A stretch of DNA of 64,000 nt. It comes from Schmidtea polychroa. Taxonomy: Eukaryota. Below the pieces are notes generated by a model. That model ran no database searches and had not been told where the DNA came from. It was given only the letters and a program-made list of their open reading frames with translations. Position numbers and translations under genes: made by a program. Location: NCBI GenBank assembly GCA_044892525.1, contig CM097885.1, positions 244,900,001-244,964,000 of the forward strand, given 5' to 3'. Below are positions 26,347 through 39,347 of the stretch, piece after piece (position 1 is the first letter of the stretch; every line of letters begins with the position of its first letter).

Positions 26347-27411
26347 GGAGGAATGTTAGATGATGAGGGTAGGCCCATCACTACATTTACCCTAGACAAA
26401 TACTATAGGACAGGGCCCAAAAAATATAGAGTGATAGCGTAGATAGATAGATGTTCCAACAAACAACCCAATTCCAGGCAAACCAATTCAATCAAACGAT
26501 CTGCTTATTTATGTGGAGCCGAGGTTAAACAGATGAGCCAGAAAATTCAAAATATTGATTCAAAATATTGACAATCATGTGTTGACTAAATTCATTATTT
26601 ACTTTATGCATCCTGTGTCTTTTGTGACTATTCTTTATTTTATTTCGTTATTGGTGTATATAGTAATCATTTTTATTCTATAGAATTTTGTACATATTTT
26701 TGAGTAGATTGTTAATTTTATTTAATATATCTTTCTGTATACATATTTAATATTTTTATAAAAGGGTAAATTAAATCATTAATAATTAGTTTTATAAGTA
26801 AAGATAAATAATATAACAATAAATTTTAATTAACTCTTAATTCAATAACAATAAAGTTTAATTAATTTTTAATAAACAGCTGAAAATATTTTTGGAAATT
26901 AATAAGTGTCTTAAAAAACACTTTTAAAATGAAACACTTGTGAAATAAAATAGAATTATAAGTATGAAAATAATAATAAATTAAATTATAAGTATTATTA
27001 AATAACAGCTGCCCAAAAAATCTGTATAAATAGCGACAAAAAATTAGTTTTAGTCGCCCAAAAATCTTGCGAAAAAAGCTCTTATTCAAAGGTTAATCCT
27101 TCGAATAAATTAATAATCGAATCAGCACAGAACGATTCACATACTAAACGAAACATACTAAGGTATAACACGCATATATAACAAATAACAAATACATATA
27201 TCTTAACAAGCATCTTAGTAGAAGGAATTGATAAATAATTGTTAACACTCTTGGAATTGGAATTTGTGTAGATTTGGTAATTTTTGATCATAATAAATTT
27301 TTATATACACTTATTTGTTCTGTTTTGATGTATATATAAGAACCAGCAAGTTAAGTGTTCCCGAATATCGAGACCTCAACATTTGGTGCCGCGAACCGGG
27401 ACTTTAATATT

Positions 27412-28340
27412 AACAGAGAAAATCCCTTTCTGCGATCAGTAAAATAAAACCACTTTAAACTAATACATCGATCAGTATTTGATGAGAATGTTGCCACCTT
27501 TAAATATACATTCAATAAAATATGAACTTAGCTAAATAAATGTTGAAGTTTTGATAATAATTAAACTATTTCAAAGTGGCGACTACAACAACAAACTCAA
27601 GACAACTGCAGTAACTTGACCTATTCTTTATTCTTATTACCAATTTTAATTTAAATAGGTTATAGTTGTTTTATACAAATTTTTAGTTATTTATTGTGTA
27701 AATTTTTATTTACAAATTTCGTTTTTACATTATGTTATATTTTCAATTTAAATAATAAATGATTTTTATTACATTCTTTTTCCAAACTTTGATATTTAAA
27801 TTTAATTTAAGTATTGCATTATTCTTTACATCAATATTTATAGATTTGTTTTAATTTTATAACCTTTTTTATTTTTAAGTTAAATAATAATTCTTAATTT
27901 TTACTGAAAGTTATTATTAATCTTTATTTGATAATTTATTCTGATATTCATTTTATATATGCATCAATGTCATTTTAAAATAATCTCACAATTATTTAGA
28001 CAAATTAATTACATGCAGAACAATATTTCATCAGTTGCTGCTAATAGCATGTACCATCAAAATAGCATAGGAAGTTTAGCCAGTGTTTTTAATGCAATAC
28101 AAACACCAAATTCCCATTTTATTAAAAAAGATAATAATGAAGCACCTTTAAATTTAATTTCTCATTCAAATAATTTGTGTAATGAAACAGCTGGTCAAAT
28201 TAGTATTGGGAGCATAGTTGGTCGTACTCCGGTTACTCCTCACACTCCTTCTACTCCTATGATTGATATAGAAATTGTGATGCCTACTCCTCAGTTACAG
28301 TAAAATGTCTAGAATTGATTTTATTGCTTAATATAAATTA
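27412..28340 (+). pseudogene. TBP: Partial TBP duplicate (upstream region, N-terminal exon and next intron; lacks the conserved core)
   Basis: Direct near-identical copy of 61310-62240. Encodes MQNNISS...TPVTPHTPSTPM..IVMPTPQLQ and stops just before the acceptor of the core exon. Confidence 0.88.
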
Positions 28341-28863
28341 ATATAATTACATTCATTCTTATAAATGAATTCTTTCTCTTTAAGGGCTAGCAAAGATATG
28401 TAATTTTAATAGAATATCAATAGAATGTTGAAAACATTAATAATTTTGTTTAAAAATACCTTTGGTTCGTGAATCAACATTTAAAGACATTAATTTATGT
28501 AATTTTACAAATATTAGTTTTTAAATATAAAGAAATCTATGTTACCTATGGATATCTCTAATAAAACAAATCTTATTTATTCTTTTTAAAATTTCAAATT
28601 AACCTAAATGTTTTAGTGTTCTTTTTTAAAAACTTTATTAAATTATTAAATTTATTTTTTAATTTATTAAAAATTTATATATTTTAGATAAATAAAATTT
28701 CCTTGTCTAACTAATTACATTTATGTTTCTAAAATAAGAAAATACACACAGTTTTAGTGATTTGGGAAGAAAATAATAATTCACAGAATGTGGAAAAGCA
28801 ATCAAAAAAATTTCTTCAATCTTATTGGATTTTAATTTATGATTATATTAGTTTATTAAAGAA

Positions 28864-28942
28864 ATGAAATATATTAAAAATTATATCATTTTCTTTGTTC
28901 TTTATTGGATTTGTTTAAAAATAGACGGAAAAGCAGTGGAAA
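28864..28942 (+). CDS. nAChR non-alpha subunit exon 1 (signal peptide)
   Basis: MKYIKNYIIFFVLYWICLKIDGKAVE; phase-1 GT donor, 46-bp intron, joins exon 2 in frame. Confidence 0.7.
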
Positions 28943-28988
28943 GTAATCTTTATTTTTATATATTTTCAAATTATTTGCGTTACTTTAG

Positions 28989-29131
28989 GTTTAGCTAGCG
29001 ATGATGAAGGTAGATTAAAGGATTACCTGTTTAAATACAAAGGCTATAATCAGTTAATAAGGCCCGTTGTGAATTTAACTGATGTAATCGATGTAAAGTT
29101 TGAATTAGCCCTTATTCAATTGATAAATGTG
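28989..29131 (+). CDS. nAChR non-alpha subunit exon 2
   Basis: LASDDEGRLKDYLFKYKGYNQLIRPV...VKFELALIQLINV; AG/GT flanks. Confidence 0.92.
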
Positions 29132-29742
29132 GTAAGTCTTGTTGTTAAGCAAATTGTAGCTTTTAATTTTTAAATTAATTATTTTATCTATGAATGTTAT
29201 TTTATTGAAAAGTATATTAAATAGTTATTTAATTATAAATATATCCATTGAAATTTAAAATTTAATGAAATAATTATTACTAATTTTAACATTATTGAAT
29301 TTAAAATATGAAAAATGAGAAAAAAATAATTTTTGTCAAGTTGTAGAATTATTTTCTGAAAGTCCTAACTAATGAAATATTTGTTTAAGGTTGAATATTA
29401 TAAATATAATAAATTATTGTTAATTTTTATTAACTTAATTAATAATGCAAAATTTTTAAAATAAAGTTTTGTTAAATATCCTATTAACCATATTTTTAAA
29501 TGACAGAAATTTGTTAGAATAAATACTTTCAATTAAATGGAAGTTCTTACTTGTTCTAATAATTTGCTTGAATTTATATTTCTTTACAATGACATGTAGC
29601 ATAAAGTTATGATTCAATATAGAATGAGTCAAATTTTCGTAGACGTTTGGTGTTATAGTAGTATTTTTATTCCTATGTCCTATATTACAAATTCAAAATA
29701 TGCATACACATTCACAATTGTCGAGTGAAGGTTATATATAAT

Positions 29743-31285
29743 TAGGCTTGCCAGATAAAAATGTCGAAAAAACGTACATACGAAAATTGATCAGCATAAA
29801 AAAGAAAACAATTAAAGATACATGTTATGTAATTTTTTTTATTGTTATAATTATCAGTAAATATGTTATATATAAAATTATTAAATTATTTTAAAAAATA
29901 AAATTATTTAAAAAAAAATCACTAAAATAAAAATTATAATATTAAATTAACACTACAAAATGTCACGGTAGGCTTGCCAGATAAAAATTTCGAAAAAAAC
30001 GTACATACGAAAATTGATCAGCATAAAAAAGAAAACAATTAAAGATACATGTTATGTAATTTTTTTTATTGTTATAATTATCAGTAAATATGTTATATAT
30101 AAAATTATTAAATTATTTTAAAAAATAAAATTATTTAAAAAAAAATCACTAAAATAAAAATTATAATATTAAATTAACACTACAAAATGTCACGGTAGGC
30201 TTGCCAGATAAAAATTTCGAAAAAAACGTACATACGAAAATTGATCAGCATAAAAAAGAAAATAATTAAAGATACATGTTATGTAATTTTTTTTATTATT
30301 ATAATTATCAGTAAATATGTTATATATAAAATTATTAAATTATTTTAAAAAATAAAATTATTTAAAAAAAAATCACTAAAATAAAAATTATAATATTAAA
30401 TTAACACTACAAAATGTCACGGTAGGCTTGCCAGATAAAAATTTCGAAAAAAACGTACATACGAAAATTGATCAGCATAAAAAAGAAAACAATTAAAGAT
30501 ACATGTTATGTAATTTTTTTTATTATTATAATTATCAGTAAATATGTTATATATAAAATTATTAAATTATTTTAAAAAATAAAATTATTTAAAAAAAAAT
30601 CACTAAAATAAAAATTATAATATTAAATTAACACTACAAAATGTCACGGTAGGCTTGCCAGATAAAAATTTCGAAAAAAACGTACATACGAAAATTGATC
30701 AGCATAAAAAAGAAAATAATTAAAGATACATGTTATGTAATTTTTTTTATTATTATAATTATCAGTAAATATGTTATATATAAAATTATTAAATTATTTT
30801 AAAAAATAAAATTATTTAAAAAAAAATCACTAAAATAAAAATTATAATATTAAATTAACACTACAAAATGTCACGGTAGGCTTGCCAGATAAAAATTTCG
30901 AAAAAAACGTACATACGAAAATTGATCAGCATAAAAAAGAAAATAATTAAAGATACATGTTATGTAATTTTTTTTATTATTATAATTATCAGTAAATATG
31001 TTATATATAAAATTATTAAATTATTTTAAAAAATAAAATTATTTAAAAAATAAATCACTAAAATAAAAATTATAATATTAAATTAACACTACAAAATGTC
31101 ACGGTAGGCTTGCCAGATAAAAATTTCGAAAAAAACGTACATACGAAAATTGATCAGCATAAAAAAGAAAATAATTAAAGATACATGTTATGTAATTTTT
31201 TTTATTATTATAATTATCAGTAAATATGTTATATAAAATTATTAAATTATTTTAAAAAATAAAATTATTTAAAAAATAAATCACA
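29743..31285. repeat. About 227-bp tandem array (6 full units plus 1 partial), each unit starting with the hAT TIR
   Basis: TAGGCTTGCCAGATAAAAA at 29743, 29969, 30196, 30423, 30650, 30877 and 31105. Confidence 0.95.
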
Positions 31286-31411
31286 AGGTCTTTAATTCTG
31301 CCTTAACAAAAAATTAATTATATCACTTCAATAAAATATTAAAATTAATTATATTAATAGTATAACAATTTAAAAAATAAATCACAAGGACTTCATTTAA
31401 TTATAATTTGA

Positions 31412-32151
31412 TTAGGTATATTTTTCATTTCCTTTAAGTTTTTTTAATAATTCATCTTTCTGAATCACATATTTGTAAAACTCTTTGCAATTCATATTAA
31501 AATTATGCTTCACGAGGATTTCAGCTTCTATATTTTTTATAAGGAGACGACTTCTATCTGATCTCCAAGCATAAAACATTAAACTAAACATGCGTTCACT
31601 AATCGCGTTGGAATGAGGTACCGCAAAAATAAATTCTACAATTTTAAGCATATTTGGAGAATTAAATGTTTTAAATATTTTTAACCATTTTTCTTCATAT
31701 GTTAATTTCTTTATATCTGGTATAATTTCTTTAAATATTATGTACTCTTCAAATAAACCATCTACGTCAATATTTTTTATAGGAAATACCTTCAGTACAT
31801 TTATTAAATCTTCAAGGACAGGAACTTCTACCAATTTAAAAACATTTAGAGCTTTGTACTTATTATTAATGAAATCAAATCTTTTTTCAATATATTGAAT
31901 CAATTGTTCTAAAAATGCAGAAGCTCTTTTGAGAAATAATGTTTTTCAGTATCATTACTGCATTTTCCTAATGCCTGTTGTGCTATAGTAGCATAAAACC
32001 TTTGCTGTAGCTTTGTTTTTAACGAATTCCACTCATCGTTAAAATGATTTATACGACGTTGTCTTTTTATTTTTGATTTTCCACTAATATTTTGATTTTC
32101 ATCTTCCGTGTTGTATTCGCTGCTGTCAGTATCAATTTCTTTTTCCATCAT
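31412..32151 (-). pseudogene. hAT transposase remnant (N-terminal piece plus C-terminal dimerisation domain; catalytic core missing)
   Basis: IFAVPHSNAISERMFSLMFYAWRSDRSRLLIKNIEAEILVKHNF matches the hAT C-terminal P-x-S-N-A-x-x-E-R-x-F-S motif. Confidence 0.85.
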
Positions 32152-33563
32152 ATATAGATCTTAAATAAAATTAAAAGAAGATTTACATTTAAATACTTTT
32201 TTTAACAAATATTCCAGAAATAATACTTTAAGAATACAAAAACGCTGCTTCATTAAAGTTGAAATGGACAAAAATTATATTATAACAAAACAAATCAAAA
32301 AATAATCAGTAATTAAACGTACCTTTAGGTACGTTTTCACTAATTCCGCAAATAACGTACATTCTTATTTTGTAAGCCAAAATAACATACACCTGGCAAG
32401 CCTATATATAATTTAATATTTTTCATCTTCATAAAAGTACAAAAATTTGTTTTAAGTTTTGATCCTTTAACAAAATGAAAATAAATGAAATATCAATAAA
32501 CTAAAACAAATAAAAATTTTAATTGAAAATTATTATTTCAACAAATTATAAACGTAATATTTTTTTAAATATAATGAATCAAAAAAAAATATTCTAAAAA
32601 TCATCAAATAATGAAAGATATTCGTTAATTTTGAATTTCCGATCTCTGTGCAACTCTCATCAAAAATATTTAATAGTGATATTCAATGAAACAAGTTTTG
32701 ATCTTTTTTGGTTCATGGGTACAGTTTAAAAAATTTTACCCCATTGAGATCGAAACCATTAACTTTGATTTGATCTCAGTATTCCATCACTCTGCCACTT
32801 GGTTACATGAAATATCACAATTTTCATAATGCCCCTATCAAATATATAGACTGGATACAGTGTGACATATGTAGTTTCTTCGAAAATTGGATATAATTCC
32901 GTTAGTTAGGGATCTCCAATCAACTTTATATTACTATATTCGTGTTCGTCTCACCATTTGCCATCCGCTCATATCCGCTCCCCCGAGAAATATTAACTTT
33001 TAATTAATTTGCACACAGATTTCTGTGTATTCGGACTTTATTTTACACTAATCTAAACAATCTGAATATCGTCATTGAGACTTACTTGAGGCGGAAGGAT
33101 GAATTGAAGTCATTTTGAAGACAAAACAACCCATGGTACATCATCAAAATATTTCAAATAGGTCCAATAGGTTTTCGGTTGGTAACTGCGGGTAGTCAGA
33201 AAGACAATTTATATATTTGGGTGGTAAATACTACTCAATAGGTGGGGAATAATGACTGCAAACTCTAAGCTGGTTACATTCAGAATCCATTAGATGTAAT
33301 TACTTTAAAATTGATACATTATCTTAAGGCTTAACTTTGGAAATAAATATTTTCAGAGTAGAAAATTTTGACCAAAAGGACTATTTTTTGCTTTATCCAG
33401 AAATTGCCATGTACTATTGTGGACATTTTCATCTTTAAATAATTATCAGCAAAATCATTTATTTTTTCACCTTTGATCTGTTTTCATTAAACATAGTATT
33501 TTGTCATTAAGCCTAAAGATCAAACATTTATATTTTCACAGTAAACTCCTTCAATATAAAATG

Positions 33564-33564
<1 letters not shown>

Positions 33565-33611
<47 letters not shown>
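33565..33611. repeat. Compound (TA)n(GA)n microsatellite
   Basis: Directly visible, about 110 bp upstream of the micro-exon. Confidence 0.9.
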
Positions 33612-33615
<4 letters not shown>

Positions 33616-33722
33616 ACTGTAATTATTTTTCAAATACTTTATTGTCATAAACCTTTGTGACCTTCACAGCTTTTATAATGATTAATTGTTTAAAATGATG
33701 TCTTAAAAATATTTTGCTTAAG

Positions 33723-33767
33723 GAAGAAAAAAAGCAAATTCTCAAAAGCAACGTCTGGATCAGAATG
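33723..33767 (+). CDS. nAChR exon 3 (45-nt micro-exon)
   Basis: EEKKQILKSNVWIRM with ag|...|gt flanks; fills the missing DEKNQIMxxNVW segment. Confidence 0.88.
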
Positions 33768-35831
33768 GTAATTTTAATTTTATTATGAAAAAATATTTAT
33801 TAGCGTATCTCATCAAAAAATCCGCTTTTTAAAGATTTTACCTTGGTATCGTAATAACAAAATAATTATATATGAACATGATATTATTTAATGCTATTTA
33901 TCACAAAGTTCAGATTTTAATAAACTCCTAGTTTGACACTGTCATTTTTATTATAATTTAACAATCTTTTAGAATCATAAATAATTAAATATAAATATTT
34001 ATTTTATTAAATCTACCGTATTTTCCAATATATAGCCCGCATACGCAGATTAATTTCTCAAATTAAAAAAATTAGTGCAATTATCTTTGATAAAAAATAT
34101 CTTGAACTTTGATTGAATTGCGGGTCGCAATTTTGTGGGCTCCGGAGTGTTTTATGTTGGGCTGGAACTGATTTCGAAATGTGTCAGTACACAACACGCA
34201 TACCCAGCATTAGGTAAAAATAAAACATCTGAATTTAAAGTAAAATAAAACACGAGCAAGAAGTATCACACGAAAACTTACTCAAATATAACCAAAAGAC
34301 ATAAAACATCAAAAAACAAATTCGAATAATGGCGATTAGTAAAAATTTAAAAGAAAAATTAAAGAAAATCTCCCTAAAATTTTACCGAAAGAAAATTATC
34401 AAAATTTCGAGTAAAAATCCAGAACAATCCAAAAACTGGCGAAATCCGCCATGACCCCAAAAAAATTTATAAAAATAAAAATTTTAGTTTAAAATATAAA
34501 AATTTTAAAAAAAATATCACAAAAAACTTTTTTAAAAATAAGAAATAGATTAAATTTTGCATGGAATGTTCTGGAAATGCCGAAATCCAGCATGGAAGCG
34601 AATTTAATAAAATATAATTCAAAAATAAAATTTCAAGAATAAAAACAAAAATTCTTACTGACAAATCGCCATCAAAATCGATAAAAAATTAAAAATCGAA
34701 TGTTCGAGAATTAAAATAATTCGAATTTGTTTTACTGCATCAATGCACGCATGTATACTTACACACCAAACAGAGGCTATATAAACTAACACATTTCGTC
34801 ACTTTTCAATGCTTACTTTTATGCCAATTTTTTGATTTTGATTTTTCTGAGATTTTAAGTAAGAACGATCTCATTGTGAATTATAAATTATTATTATTGA
34901 AACCTTGTTCTCATTATTTTTATTTAACTATAGAGGTGTAGGTTTGAGTGAGATCGTCGGTTATTAATGATTTTGAAGCGACTACCCAGACATGCTAGGC
35001 GTAATGTTCCGTACGGAGAATATATTTATACTTTAAAATATCGCAACGTAATATATTTAATAATTAAAAAGTATGGTGAGTCATGTCTTTGTTCCGTAAT
35101 ATTTCTTGGTTTAAAATGATGAATCATGTGTCTTTGTTAAGTCATATTTCTTTGTTTATAATTTGACCTTAAAGTGGCCTAAAATCGACTCCGGCCTTAA
35201 AATTTGACCTTAAAATTTTCTATGATTTTGAGGCGCCCTTAAGAAAAAAATACCCGGGATTGTAATCTTGTTGGATATGTGCATTTCGGGATCAAGAGGT
35301 TAAATTTTAAAGACTTCTCTGAATGGTCTACCATAGCCTACGGTGTCAGACGATAATGGGCCAAATAGAATTGCTGTTTTGCAATATCTGAAAATGATAA
35401 TTTGGTAATTTCCTCCAACTAACAGCAAAAGCTTCACGAAGCCTCACACTAATGACTCCACGTTTCATAATAATGAAATGCGGAATACGTATGGATAACC
35501 TCATGAAATGAGGTAGAAGCTAAGAACAGTATTATTAACGTCAGCAAAATTCCGAAATGCATATACACAACCCAAGAACAACGATTTGTAATCTGCCTGA
35601 ATTCATCCCAAACTTTATATCCACTCAATGAAATCGTAATTTAAGACATATTATTCACGTATTTAGTAAAATTTAGCGATGATAATGTCTATATATTAAG
35701 CTAACAACCGGAGTTTTATAGTTCATACTTTAAATTGCGAGTGATAACTTGGTATCTCAATTTAAATGTAAAATAAAGTTAAAATTCAAAAATATTTGAT
35801 CTGATAGTTTGAAATTATTTTATTTCTCCAG

Positions 35832-35941
35832 AAATGGGTTGACTATCAATTAGTTTGGGAGCCTGCAGATTTTGGTGGAATTAAAGTGACACGAGTGTCT
35901 CCTAAAATCGTATGGAAACCAGATATAGTTTTATTTAATAA
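35832..35941 (+). CDS. nAChR exon 4 (110 nt)
   Basis: KWVDYQLVWEPADFGGIKVTRVSPKIVWKPDIVLFN(N). Confidence 0.93.
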
Positions 35942-36693
35942 GTATGTTTTATAAAAATTTGATTCTTGATTTTCTATTATACAGTAATTCTGTTGATGAC
36001 TTTCAGTTCAACGATATTGATATTATCGAAATTCCATTTGACAAATTCTGAATAATCTGATTCTATTTTTTGACATTCATTTGGCTGTGATATCTGGTAT
36101 TGGCTCTTGAATTGGAATTTTTTGTGGTTCAATTTTACATAATTGGAAGTTATTAGGTTTAATAAATTCTATAAATTTAAAATTCACTCGAAACTGAGCA
36201 TATGCATATTTAGGAATTCTATAATATTCAAGTGTAGGTTTAATATCAGTCTGCTTGTCTTTTTGGAGAGGAGTTACATTAAACTAATGGAAAAGCTTGA
36301 TCTTCATTATTTCTAGGGAATAAAGCACATCTAATATCTTATAATTGGCATAGCAATTTGAAATAGCAGCAATAATTTTGTAATTATTAGCAGACTTAAA
36401 ATTATTGGTGAAATGATCTTGATATTTTCCATATCTATAATTCATTAAAAAATTCAAATTCATTATTTTTAACGACATTTTTGAAACAAAATTTTTCTAA
36501 AATACAATCACTTCAAATATTCTCAAAAAACTAATTGCTAACCCACAATCCGATTCCGACACACCGCGCACACGGTGACACATCAAATAAAAAAATTAAA
36601 AACGTATATTGATTTGATTGGATGCACCACAAGTGGAGAATGGTCCAATTCATTTTACAACACCATTGTGACCATGCATAACTTTAAAAATTA

Positions 36694-37534
36694 CACCAAA
36701 CACCACTGAGATGCATTTCCTATAATATAACAAAAAAATCAATAATCTTACATTATATAAACATACTTACTTAATTTGATTTCACGTTGATGTTCTAATT
36801 TATAGCTCAATGAGATACATCTTATAGAAATTTGAAAAGTGGAAGGAAAATTAAAAAATGCACACAAGCACAACACATAATAAAAAACACATACAAACTT
36901 TTGATTCGTAAAATTGTAACGATGAGATACGTTTCTATAATAATTCTATTTTAGACAATTTTTAGAAAAAAAAGATCGTTGGAAATTTTTTAAATTATAT
37001 TTTTAATGAAAATATCAAGAGCAGATGAATTTGGTTCAAAATCTTTTTACTCCAGATTTGATTTCCTTTAAGAATCCCCTCATATTGAGCTCAGAAAAAA
37101 AATTACAAAAATTAAAAAAATTATTCTAATCAGCGATTTTTCCCAAAATGTTTTAAAAAAATACATTGATTGATTTATTTATTTAATTAATTATAATTAA
37201 AAATATATCGGACTCACATTTTTCGAAATAATTCCAAAATACTTTAATAAAAGACATAAAATTCCTAAAAAAAGCCTGAAAATTAATTAAAAATAATTTA
37301 TAATTATATTGTTGATTAAAAGTAAAATATCTCATATGGATCAAAATTCAAGTCTTAAAATTTACTTTAAATTTAATATCTTACCTGAAAACCATTTCTA
37401 AAATGGCTAAAATAAATTTCATTATGTAAAACATACGTAAAACAAATTACTGACAACTTTGCTCAACAACAATTTATCATCAACATCAGTATAAAACCAC
37501 CACTATAGAGAACGTATCTCAGTGGTGTTTGGTG
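36694..37534. mobile_element. TA-flanked MITE with CACCAAACACCACTGAGAT TIRs
   Basis: ta|CACCAAACACCACTGAGAT ... ATCTCAGTGGTGTTTGGTG|ta; internal GAGATAC..TATA subterminal repeats. Confidence 0.8.
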
Positions 37535-38419
37535 TATTAGTAATTTTATTTGGTACTAAAGTCTAGAGTGGGGGTGGACAACCTTTTCAGCGGCCGGGCC
37601 TGATTTTAGAAATAAGATTCTCTACAAGGCCGTACAACAAAATTTTTTATTATTATTCAAAACAACCAAGAAATATATTGTTTTCTCACGAGACACATGG
37701 CGATAACGCATACGATGGAAGCAACCATATATCCGACGGCATTGCAAGCAATGTTCCCTCTAAGCCATAAGCAGCAGTGCGCGCAAAGTCAGCTGCGCTG
37801 AGCAGCCTTTAAATACAAATGAGCGTCAAAATGCTATAACGTGGTTGTAAGAGTTTTAAAACGACACTACAGAAATATACCGTTATTATGCATCTGGTTA
37901 TTAACATTGAAAATTTTTAAATATTCAAAATGAACCACATAATAATATTGAGTATCAAAAATTCGTAACGGTTGAATTAAATATATTGCGCTGAAAATAA
38001 TTTTGCTGCGCTGGGGAGTTGGAGGTGCTGCAGCTTAGAGGGAACGTTGATTGCAAGCTTGCCTCAGACTGTCTGTTGCATGATGCATCCTGCTCCGCAT
38101 TCACTCTCACGGCAATATACGCAAGATCGACGTGCGCTCTTTTTAAAATCGGCTTAACGTTGTGATTATTTGTCAACACTAATATACCATAGAAGAAATT
38201 GTAACGATGACTGAATTAATTTACTGAGATACTTCCATATATTCGATATGATACCAACTACGCATGTCAGAATGTTCCTTTGGTGGTTTTGTACATAAAG
38301 AAGAAAAATATGGACATATGCTCCGTGGGCCACCCTTGATCTTACAAATATTAATATGAAAATTATTAAATTTAGTATATTATTAATTTTAAATTAAACT
38401 GTTTCTCAAAAATCTTAAG

Positions 38420-38600
38420 TGCCGATGGAAATTATGAAGTTTTATGGCAGCCAAATATTTTGATTCAATACGATGGGGAAATTTTATGGATTCCACCAGC
38501 TATTTATGAAAGTTCTTGTAGCATTTTGGTTGAATATTTTCCATTTGATGAACAAATTTGTGAAATGAGATTCGGAAGTTGGACTTTTAATTCAAAACAA
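38420..38600 (+). CDS. nAChR exon 5 (Cys-loop)
   Basis: ADGNYEV...WIPPAIYESSCSILVEYFPFDEQICEMRFGSWTF; C-x13-C loop. Confidence 0.95.
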
Positions 38601-38765
38601 GTAACCTTATAGATTTTCTATATTTTCAAAATATCAACTCAGTTATAGAAATTCATTTTAATATTTTTTATGATAACCCTAACCCAAATTCTCAGATGCG
38701 TCACTTGGGTGGTGTCACCCGTTACATTGATTTATGTGGTCACCTTTCCTTAAAAATAAATAATA

Positions 38766-39347
38766 CCGTAATTATCCAAATGTAGTACACTTCGTTACGC
38801 ACCATTAAAAATGAACTAAACGTAAAATATAAGTAACCCAATTATAATATGTATGTATATTGATTAAAAAGGTTTGAATTTAATCAATATTCAATTATTC
38901 CAATTTCGGTAAAAATTTAAATTTTTATTCCCATATTATGTCTTTAAAACACTGCAGTTACACGACTGGTTTTAAATTGAAAGTAATTGAAACAGCTGAG
39001 AAATAGTGGAGAATCTCAAGCATATGGCCTAATTGAAAGTCTTTGGAGAAGAAATAAAAATATTTTACAGAAATGCGGATTCTCTACAGAGGCTCCTGGG
39101 AGTGGTAGAAAATTATATGACAGTAAGTGAAGATGAAAATAATGACCTCTTTAATGAAAATAGTTTCATTGAATAATAAAAATAAACATTTTGTAACAAT
39201 TTATTTTTTACTTCCCTTACCCATACTGGTTTCTCGGGAAATGTTTTAAACAGGAAAAATTATTTCCTGTTTTATCCTTGTATAATTTGCGCTCCGATTA
39301 TCATCCAAAACAATAAGATAAAGCATATTATATACGGATATTTACGG
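38766..39347 (+). mobile_element. pogo-family (Tc1/mariner) deletion derivative
   Basis: ta|CCGTAATTATCC ... GGATATTTACGG|ta. ATG at 38938 gives MSLKHCSYTTGFKLKVIETAEK*, a pogo/BrkDBD-type HTH start. Confidence 0.75.

Larger units (their letters stand above)
23984..27401 (+). mobile_element. Internally deleted LTR retrotransposon (element C): LTR-PBS-gag fragment-insert-PPT-LTR-PBS
   Basis: LTRs 23984-25024 and 26354-27381 (TGTT...AACA, highly similar). PBS-like TGGTGCCGCGAACCGGGA at 25027-25044 and again at 27384-27401. PPT-like AGGGAGGAA at 26345-26353. Confidence 0.85.
29743..32404 (-). mobile_element. Internally deleted hAT transposon in nAChR intron 2
   Basis: TIRs TAGGCTTGCCAG / CTGGCAAGCCTA; exact 8-bp TSD TATATAAT (29735-29742, 32405-32412); transposase remnant inside. 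Confidence 0.92.

Noticed and set aside
27959-28012. MHQCHFKIISQLFRQINY as the TBP N-terminus (also at 61859)
   Set aside because: This stretch overlaps an AT-rich acceptor-like TTATTTAG. The downstream Met (MQNN) is the more plausible start, though this needs transcript evidence.
35449-35640. Minus-strand open stretch with a hydrophobic helix and HEVIH (HExxH) motif
   Set aside because: About 60 codons with no start or clear splice context, and no Gly at the metzincin position; likely chance or an unidentifiable relic.
37566-38338. Possible further hAT MITE (GGGGTGGACAACC ... GGGCCACCCTTG)
   Set aside because: The ends are degenerate and no matching 8-bp TSD was found.
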